NCBI GenBank assembly: GCA_964016885.1
Contig: OZ024740.1
Span: 22,692,001 to 22,756,000 of the forward strand
Direction: 5' to 3'
Source: Eledone cirrhosa
Lineage: Eukaryota
DNA length: 64,000 bases
Shown: piece by piece, positions 57,601 to 64,000 of the stretch
How the letters are laid out: each line of letters begins with the position of its first letter
Position numbering within the stretch: position 1 is the first letter of the stretch
Notes under the pieces: generated by a model
What the model saw: only the letters and a program-made list of their open reading frames with translations
Databases searched by the model: none
Told to the model about the DNA's origin: nothing
Made by a program: the position numbers and the translations under genes

Positions 57601-59300
57601 GGTGGTAGATGTAGAGTATAGACGGTCAACTACAGTGTATAGGTGGTAGATGTAGAGTATAGACGGTCACCTGCAGTGTATAGGTGGTAGATGTAGAGTA
57701 TAGACGGTCAACTACAGTGTATAGGTGGTAGATGTAGAGTATAGACGGTCACCTGCAGTGTATAGGTGGTAGATGTAGAGTATAGACGGTCACCTGCAGT
57801 GTATAGGTGGTAGATGTAGAGTATAGACGGTCAACTACAGTGTATAGGTGTTAGATGTAGAGTATAGACGGTCAACTACAGTGTGTAGGTGGTAGATGTA
57901 GAGTATAGACGGTCACCTGCAGTGTATAGGTGGTAGATGTAGAGTATAGACGGTCAACTGCAGTGTATAGGTGGTACATGTAGTGTATAGACGGTCACCC
58001 GCAGTGTATAGTTGGTAGATGTAGAGTATAGACGCTCACCTGCAGTGTATAGGTGGTAGATGTAGAGTATAGACGGTCTCCTGCAGTGTATAGGTGGTAG
58101 ATGTAGAGTATAGACGGTCAACTACAGTGTATAGGCGGTAGATGTAGAGTATAGATGGTCAACTACAGTGTATAGGCGGTAGATGTAGAGTATAGACGGT
58201 CAACTACAGTGTATAGGTGGTAGATGTAGAGTATAGACGGTCAACTACAGTGTATAGGTGGTAGATGTAGAGTATAGACGGTCAACTACAGTGTATAGGT
58301 GGTAGATGTAGAGTATAGACGGTCAACTACAGTGTATAGGTGGTAGATGTAGAGTATAGACGGTCAACTACAGTGTATAGGCGGTAGATGTAGAGTATAG
58401 ACGTTCAACTACAGTGTATAGGTGGTAGATGTAGAGTATAGACGGTAAATTGCAGTGTATAGGTGGTAGATGTAGTGTATAGATGGTCACCTTCAGTGTA
58501 TAGGTGGTAGATGTAGAGTATAGACGGTCAACTACAGTGTATAGGTGGTAGATGTAGTGTATAGACGGTAAATATCAGTGTATAGGCGGTAGATGTAGAG
58601 TATAGACGGTAAATTGCAGTGTATAGGTGGTAGATGTAGAGTATAGACGGTCAACTACAGTGTATAGGTGGTAGATGTAGAGTATAGACGGTCACCTGCA
58701 GTGTATAGTTGGTAGATGTAGAGTATAGATGGTCATCTGCAGTGTATAGGTGGTAGATGTAGAGTATAGACGGTCACCTGCAGTGTATAGGTGGTAGATG
58801 TAGAGTATAGACGGTCAACTGCAGTGTATAGGTGGTAGATGTAGAGTATAGATGGTCATCTGCAGTGTATAGGTGGTAGATGTAGAGTATAGACGGTCAC
58901 CTGCAGTGTATAGGTGGTAGATATAGAGTATAGACGGTCACCTGCAGTGTATAGGTGGTACATGTAGAATATAGATGGTCACCTGCAGTGTATAGGTGGT
59001 AGATGTAGTGTATAGACGGACAACTGCAGTGTATAGGTGGTAGATGTAGAGTATAGACGGTCAACTACAGTGTATAGGTGGTAGATGTAGAGTATAGACG
59101 GTAAATTGCAGTGTATAGGTGGTAGATGTAGTGTATAGACGGTCAACTACAGTGTATAGGTGGTAGATGTAGAGTATAGATGGTCACCTGCAGTGTATAG
59201 GTGGTAGATGTAGAGTATAGACGGTCAACTGCAGTGTATAGGTGGAAGATGTAGTGTATAGACGGTCAACTACAGTGTATAGGTGGTAGATGTAGAGTAT
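51700..59300. repeat. Four-copy irregular higher-order repeat (46, 43 and 53 monomer spacings) at the array's right end
   Basis: The marker CCCGC sits at 52176, 54062, 55825 and 57998, giving offsets 1886, 1763 and 2173, all multiples of 41. A local 410-bp duplication (TTCAAC at 56231/56641) accounts for the change from 43 to 53. Confidence 0.85.
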
Positions 59301-60877
59301 AGATGGTCACCTGCAGTGTATAGGTGGTAGATGTAGAGTATAGACGGTCAACTGCAGCGTATAGGTGGTAGATGTAGAGTATAGACGGTCAACTGCAGTG
59401 TATAGGTGGTAGATGTAGTGTATAGACGGTCAACTACAGTGTATAGGTGGTAGATGTAGTGTATAGACGGTCAACTGCAGTGTATAGGTGTTAGATGTAG
59501 AGTATAGAAGGTAAATTGCAGTGTATAGGTCGTAGATGTAGTGTATAGACGGTCAACTACAGTGTATAGGTGGTAGATGTAGAGTTTAGATGGTCACCTG
59601 CAGTGTATAGGTGGTAGATGTAGAGTATAGACGGTCAACTGCAGTGTATAGGTGGTAGATGTAGTGTATAGATGGTCAACTACAGTGTATAGGTGGTAGA
59701 TGTAGAGTATAGATGGTCACCTGCAGTGTATAGGTGGTAGATGTAGAGTATAGACGGTCAACTGCAGTGTATAGGTGGTAGATTCTAGTGTATAGACGGT
59801 CAACTACAGTGTATAGGTGGTAGATGTAGTGTATAGACGGTCAACTGCAGTGTATAGGTGGTAGATGTAGTGTATAGACGATCAACTACAGTGTATAGGT
59901 GGTAGATGTAGAGTATAGACGGTAAATTGCAGTGTATAGGTGGTAGATGTAGAGTATAGACGGTCAACTACAGTGTATAGCTGGTAGATGCAGTCTATAG
60001 GAAGGGATTATATTTATTGTAACCTAATTAGGTAGTTAGTAAATATTCTTCACTCAGCTATTTATAAGACTATTAAGATGATATTGTTGTTGTTGTCTAT
60101 CTAGACCAGCCTGCGATTTGAATATTTAATACTTCATTGTCCAATATAACCTTTTAAAATATGTTATTGAGGGGTATTTTACTGCTATTTGTAGCCAGTC
60201 GAATGAGCGCATACAGGCTCCTTCGTTATCTCGAAGATATTGTTATTGTTGTTGAAGGCCCTATGGGTGCTGAATCCGAGGCCAGTCTTTATTCATCAGA
60301 CCTTAAATAAATGATGAACCGTTACTATACCGTCTTCTGTTTTCAGATATAATCTATCTAGGATTATAATGTCCAATATGTTTTGTTTTTGTAATCCTCT
60401 ATGTGGTCGTTTATCTTTCAACAAAAAGCATCAACATCTTCTCACATTACACCTTACTCTCTTAAGATGTAGGTTTTAAATTCATATGTATAAGTATTAG
60501 TGCATTCTTAGGCAAACTGAAACCACTGCTGAACCAAGGCTAAAAATAATGCATAAACGTTATGTAGGTATGATGGAAGGTAAGTTAAATCAACAATATT
60601 TAAACCACATTTTCCTTTGGTAATATATATGTATATAAAGAATGCGTCGCAACAAAACAATCTAATTACATCTGGAACTTGAAAGAATATGTATCTGATT
60701 GATTGGAAGGTTCTCGAAAGTTACACACCATGTAGAATATATGAAAGTAATTACGGGATATGTATACTCATGACCCTTAATAAATCCACAGACCAGTGTG
60801 TTGCCACTTCGAAACATCCAATAAAAGATAATATCAGCACTTGATTTGATGGAAGAAAATATTTACCTGTTTGAATT

Positions 60878-61140
60878 AAAAAAAAAATGGGAAAGTTTGG
60901 ACGGGATGGACGAGAGGAAGTGAAAAAAAGAAGATGGTGGAAGAGTTGGGAGTAGAGATGAAACTAAAACGAGAGGTGTGAGAAGGTGAAGGAGGAAAAT
61001 AAGATAGAATAAGAAGGAGAGGAGAAAATAGTAGAGAGAAAAAGAAAGAATCAGAGGAGATAAGGAGATAGAAAGAGCAATTGAAAAATGATGTGTGAGA
61101 AGAAAAGGAACTCATATTTAAAAGATAGAAGGAAAGGGTA
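60878..61140. repeat. Purine-rich (A/G) low-complexity tract starting with an A run
   Basis: The + strand is almost all A/G with GAA/GGA/AGA words and no fixed period. Confidence 0.75.
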
Positions 61141-61562
61141 AATGCCAATAAGATAAATATATATATATCTGCTACTCCCCCTCTCTCACTTCCCCCCGTC
61201 TGACCTGTGTGAAATCCTTTTCGCTCACATTTCGCAGGGTTCGAACGTGTCTGCCGTCTTCTCGTCGTTGATTTGTTCGAACTTGTATCATTGACTTGTA
61301 CCATTGACTTATCTCTCATTTCCTTTCTTTACGTTGCATTACTACTATGTTGTTTGTTTACTGTCCCTCTTTCTCCACCCAATTCACTCTGTCCCAATAA
61401 CTTATTTTAGTTATTGCTCGCACTGATTTTGAGGTATCTGGTCTTTAATGCGAAGAAATACCGATGATAGTCAGAAGATCACTGATGATGGACATCCCGT
61501 TTCTCGGTCTATTTTTCATTCATATGTATCACACTCGTAACAACGCAGCACGCCATTTTTTC

Positions 61563-61565
<3 letters not shown>

Positions 61566-61609
<44 letters not shown>
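61566..61609. repeat. (TA)n microsatellite, ~22 units
   Basis: Perfect TA run read directly. Confidence 0.97.
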
Positions 61610-61612
<3 letters not shown>

Positions 61613-61720
61613 TTAGTTATACTATTTATGGTTATGCAAATACAAAACCTGTTTGAATATGTATTTGGTATGTCTCTCGGCTGAAAAGGAGGTCATATAA
61701 CTGTCCATGCATTAATAAAT

Positions 61721-61767
61721 TGCTCCGAAGAATCCAAACCTCGGTTTGGAGGAAACAGCTGTAAGCA
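61721..61767 (+). ncRNA. Minimal type I hammerhead ribozyme-like motif (Penelope-like element type, U4C core variant)
   Basis: The parts are TGCT [stem I] - CCGAAGA [core CUGANGA with U4C] - A - TCCAAACC/TC/GGTTTGGA [stem II] - G - GAAAC-AGCT-GTA [short stem III, palindromic tetraloop, GUA site] - AGCA [stem I']. Confidence 0.7.
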
Positions 61768-61798
61768 CAATAATGTTTTGAGCAGTTCTTTGATTCTT

Positions 61799-61805
<7 letters not shown>

Positions 61806-61829
<24 letters not shown>
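61806..61829. repeat. (AT)n microsatellite, ~12 units
   Basis: Perfect AT run abutting the left arm of the fold-back element. Confidence 0.95.
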
Positions 61830-61963
61830 TGCTATACTTTTGGTGGGTCATGTTGCCAATAAGAAACACACGCACCAGTTGCGTTCACTCCAATTTATTA
61901 TAAATTAAATTATAAATTTCCGGTTGGTTGGCTGGTTCCACAATCGGATGGTTGTTCATATAT

Positions 61964-62008
61964 TGTCAAAGTTCTTTCGTCACACATTCTGTGACCTCAT
62001 CAGTGTCC
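61964..62008 (-). ncRNA. Degenerate hammerhead ribozyme-like core
   Basis: The minus strand reads GGACA-CTGATGA-G-GTCACA-GAATG-TGTGAC-GAAA-GAACTTTGACA. Both core boxes are intact around a perfect 6-bp stem II. Stems I and III are imperfect. Confidence 0.55.
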
Positions 62009-62043
62009 GGGGATTATTTTCTTTGTTTTGTGCCACTCCTTTG

Positions 62044-62106
62044 TTCTGTCATACGCCATCTTATTTTTGTGTGTGACACACAAAAACAAGATGGCGTAGG
62101 GCAGAA
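62044..62106. repeat. 63-bp near-perfect palindrome (31-bp arms, 1-nt centre at 62075)
   Basis: TTCTGTCATACGCCATCTTATTTTTGTGTGT-G-ACACACAAAAACAAGATGGCGTAGGGCAGAA, with 28 of 31 positions complementary. Confidence 0.95.
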
Positions 62107-62210
62107 TTTATAATTTAATTTATAATATATTGGAGTGAAAGCAGCTGGTGCGTGTGTTTCTTATTGGCAACATGACCCTCCCAAAGTACAACAATATCAG
62201 TTTCAACACA

Positions 62211-62214
<4 letters not shown>

Positions 62215-62290
<76 letters not shown>
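62215..62290. repeat. (TA)n microsatellite, ~38 units
   Basis: Perfect TA run read directly. Confidence 0.97.
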
Positions 62291-62291
<1 letters not shown>

Positions 62292-62420
62292 CGAATGAGT
62301 TGTGGTAAGGAACCAGATGGACCATAACGCACCAGAGTACTCAATACTTAGGGTAGTAGAGTGGGTCATAGGAAAAAGTATGACCCCGACGGCAGAGCTC
62401 AAGCCGTTTCGACGGCTATT

Positions 62421-62457
62421 TATATATATATATATATATATATACAGAGAGAGAGAG
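62421..62457. repeat. Compound (TA)12 + (AG)6 microsatellite
   Basis: A TA run followed by CAGAGAGAGAGAG. Confidence 0.92.
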
Positions 62458-62652
62458 GAAGGAAAGAAATAGAAGGAAAATAGGTAGGAAGGGGATGGGA
62501 GAAAGAAATGAAGAAAATTATGAAGAATAATTAGTTTAGAGCAGCAGTTATGAGAAGAGAAAAAGGTGAAAGGAAGAAGACTGAAAAATGGTAGAGAGCA
62601 AGAAGAGGAACCAATAGTAGAATAGAAAATAAAGAGAAATTAGTAGAAAAGA
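62458..62652. repeat. Purine-rich low-complexity tract
   Basis: GAA/GGAA/AGA-rich, grading into TAG repeats. Confidence 0.7.
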
Positions 62653-62821
62653 TAGTAGTAGTAGTAGTATTGTAGTATTACTAGTAGTGGTTGTAGTAGT
62701 CGTTGTAGTAGTAGTGGTTGTAGTAGTAGTAGTGGTGTTTGTAGTAGTTGTAGTAGTAGTAGTTGTAGTAGTAGTAGTAGTAGTAGTAGTAGTTGTAGTT
62801 GTAGTAGTAGTAGTGGTGGTT

Positions 62822-62865
<44 letters not shown>

Positions 62866-62988
62866 GGTTGTAGTAGTTGTAGTAGTAGTAATGGTAGTAG
62901 TAGTAGTAGTAGTAGTATTGTAGTATTAGTAGTAGTGGTTGTAGTAGTCGTTGTAGTAGTAGTGGTTGTAGTAGTAGTAGTGGTGTTT

Positions 62989-63023
<35 letters not shown>

Positions 63024-63378
63024 TGTAGTAGTAGTAGTGGTGGTTGTAGTAGTAGTAGTAGTAGTAGGGGTGGTTGTAGTAGTTGTAGTAGTAGTAATGG
63101 TAGTAGTAGTAGTAGTAGTATTGTAGTATTAGTAGAAGTGGTTGTAGTATTCGTTGTAGTAGTAGTGGTTGTAGTAGTACTAGTGGTGGTTGTAGTAGTT
63201 GTAGTAGTAGTAGTTGTAGTAGTAGTTGTAGTAGTAGTAGTAGTTGTAGTAGTAGTAGTGGTGGTTGTAGTAGTTGTAGTAGTAGTAATGGTAGTAGTAG
63301 TAGCAGTAGTAGTATTAGTAGTAGTGGTACCGGTCGTAGTAGTAGTATTTGCAGTAGTAGTAGTACCAGTAGTAGTAG
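62653..63378. repeat. Interrupted (GTA)n trinucleotide microsatellite with GTT/GTG variants
   Basis: About 725 bp of GTA triplets. This tract is the source of the poly-V/T/L/Y pseudo-ORFs. Confidence 0.97.
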
Positions 63379-63441
63379 AGAAGAAGACAAAGAAGAAAAA
63401 GAAGAAGAAGAAGAAAAAGAAGACAAAGCAGAAGAAGAAGA
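63379..63441. repeat. Imperfect (GAA)n microsatellite
   Basis: AGAAGAAGACAAAGAAGAAAAAGAAGAAGAAG... directly follows the GTA tract. Confidence 0.9.
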
Positions 63442-63498
63442 TAATGAGGAACAAGAGAAGAGATTCAAGATGGCAGGAGACAGAAGATGGTATGTTAA

Positions 63499-63963
63499 GG
63501 TAGGTGGGTGGTAGGGAGGAAGGTAGGTGGGTGGTGGTAGGTGGGGTGGGGTAGTGTAGTTGGGTGTGGTAGGTGGGGTGGTAGGAAGGGATGCAGGTGG
63601 GAGTGAAGGTAGGTTAGTGGGAGGGAAGTAGGTGGGGTGGGGTAGTAGTAGGTGGGTGTGAGGTGGGGTGGTAGGAAGGGGGTTAGGTGGGAGTGAAGGT
63701 AGGTTGGTGGGAGGGAAGTGGATGGGGTGGGGGTAGTGTAGGTTGGTGTGGTGGGTGGGGTGGGAGTGAAGGTAGGTAGAAGGGAGGTGGGGTGGAGTAG
63801 TGTAGGTGGGTGTGGTAGATGGGGTAGTAGTAGGTGGGTGGGGTGGGAGTGAAGGTAGGTAGGATGGAGGTGGGGTGCGGTAGTGTAGATGGGTGTGGTA
63901 GGTGCGGTGGTAGGAAGGTAGGTAGATGGGGGTGAAGGTAGGTAGGAGGGAGGTCGGGTGGGG
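63499..63963 (+). repeat. G-rich degenerate minisatellite (~73-90 bp units) with G-quadruplex-forming potential
   Basis: The anchor word G(A/G)GTGAAGGTAGGT occurs at about 63601, 63691, 63764, 63847 and 63930. There are many GGG/GGGG runs with short T/TA spacers and almost no C. Confidence 0.8.
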
Positions 63964-64000
63964 AAGTTGTTTAAAATGTTGTGGAGAGTTGAAAGTGTAA

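Larger units (their letters stand above)
1..60000. repeat. 41-bp tandem satellite DNA array, ~1,460 monomers, truncated at the window's left edge
   Basis: The unit GAGTATAGACGGTCAACTACAGTGTATAGGTGGTAGATGTA starts at 1, 42, 83 and so on, all in one orientation. Most monomers differ from consensus at only a few positions. I saw no foreign insertion. It ends at ...CTGGTAGATGCAGTCTATAG (60000). Consensus composition is 13 G, 13 A, 11 T, 4 C. Confidence 0.99.
61826..62197. mobile_element. 372-bp non-autonomous fold-back element with 93-bp terminal inverted repeats (MITE-like or inverted Penelope-like pLTR remnant)
   Basis: 61826-61918 is the reverse complement of 62105-62197 with 7 mismatches in 93 bp. 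There is an internal 63-bp palindrome and a hammerhead-like core. (TA)n tracts lie on both sides and there is no coding capacity. Confidence 0.75.

Noticed and set aside
1-60000. CRISPR array or repeat-spacer system (constant part plus a variable short window)
   Set aside because: There are no unique spacers. The variable window has only a handful of recurring alleles, no cas genes are visible, and the context is eukaryotic.
60292-60320. Minus-strand CTGATGA and plus-strand ATGATGA as hammerhead core or C/D snoRNA box C
   Set aside because: There is no stem II plus GAAA after the CTGATGA, and no suitably placed box D with a terminal stem.
60001-60870. Possible exons (splice-like TTTCAG at ~60346, GTAAGT at ~60580) and a 35-codon ORF near 60203
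   Set aside because: Such motifs are expected by chance in AT-rich DNA. I found no coherent exon or recognisable peptide.
61226-61266. Minus-strand GAGAAGA..GCAG...CTGC-GAAA hammerhead-like arrangement
   Set aside because: The first core box lacks CU, stem II is only 4 bp, and there is no stem I or cleavage triplet.
60876-61319. 147-aa minus-strand ORF
   Set aside because: The C-terminal two-thirds is F/S/L-rich translation of a polypyrimidine tract and there is no recognisable domain.
61481-61510. CTGATGA-T-GGACATCC as a further hammerhead
   Set aside because: The GAAA box is missing downstream. It could be a broken remnant but cannot be supported.
61928-62402. Three short ORFs (61, 74 and 62 aa)
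   Set aside because: They run through the palindrome or the (TA)n tract (YIYI repeats) and show no coding signal.
62681-63503. Poly-T/V/L/Y/K ORFs suggesting a mucin-like protein
   Set aside because: They are homopolymer translations of (GTA)n and (GAA)n, open in several overlapping frames on both strands.
63499-64000. Telomeric repeat (TTAGG/TTAGGG)
   Set aside because: There is only an isolated GGTTAGG near 63681 and no tandem telomere units.

Overview
This window is eukaryotic, non-coding and dominated by repeats. Positions 1-~60000 are one uninterrupted head-to-tail tandem array of a 41-bp satellite, about 1,460 monomers, with consensus GAGTATAGACGGTCAACTACAGTGTATAGGTGGTAGATGTA. It is open at the left edge and ends sharply at ~60000. 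The monomer is itself a diverged 21+20-bp dimer. Rare variants reveal a nested higher-order structure: local 82-bp alternation and kilobase tandem block duplications of roughly 43-100 monomers. The last 4 kb is AT-rich flank with (TA)n tracts, a compound (GTA)n/(GAA)n microsatellite and a G-rich minisatellite. Between the (TA)n tracts at 61.6-62.4 kb are the most unusual elements. One is a minimal hammerhead-ribozyme motif of the Penelope-like-element type (+ strand, 61721-61767). Another is a 372-bp fold-back element whose asymmetric loop carries a second, degenerate hammerhead core (- strand). None of the supplied ORFs is a credible gene. All alignments were done by eye and no database search was run.
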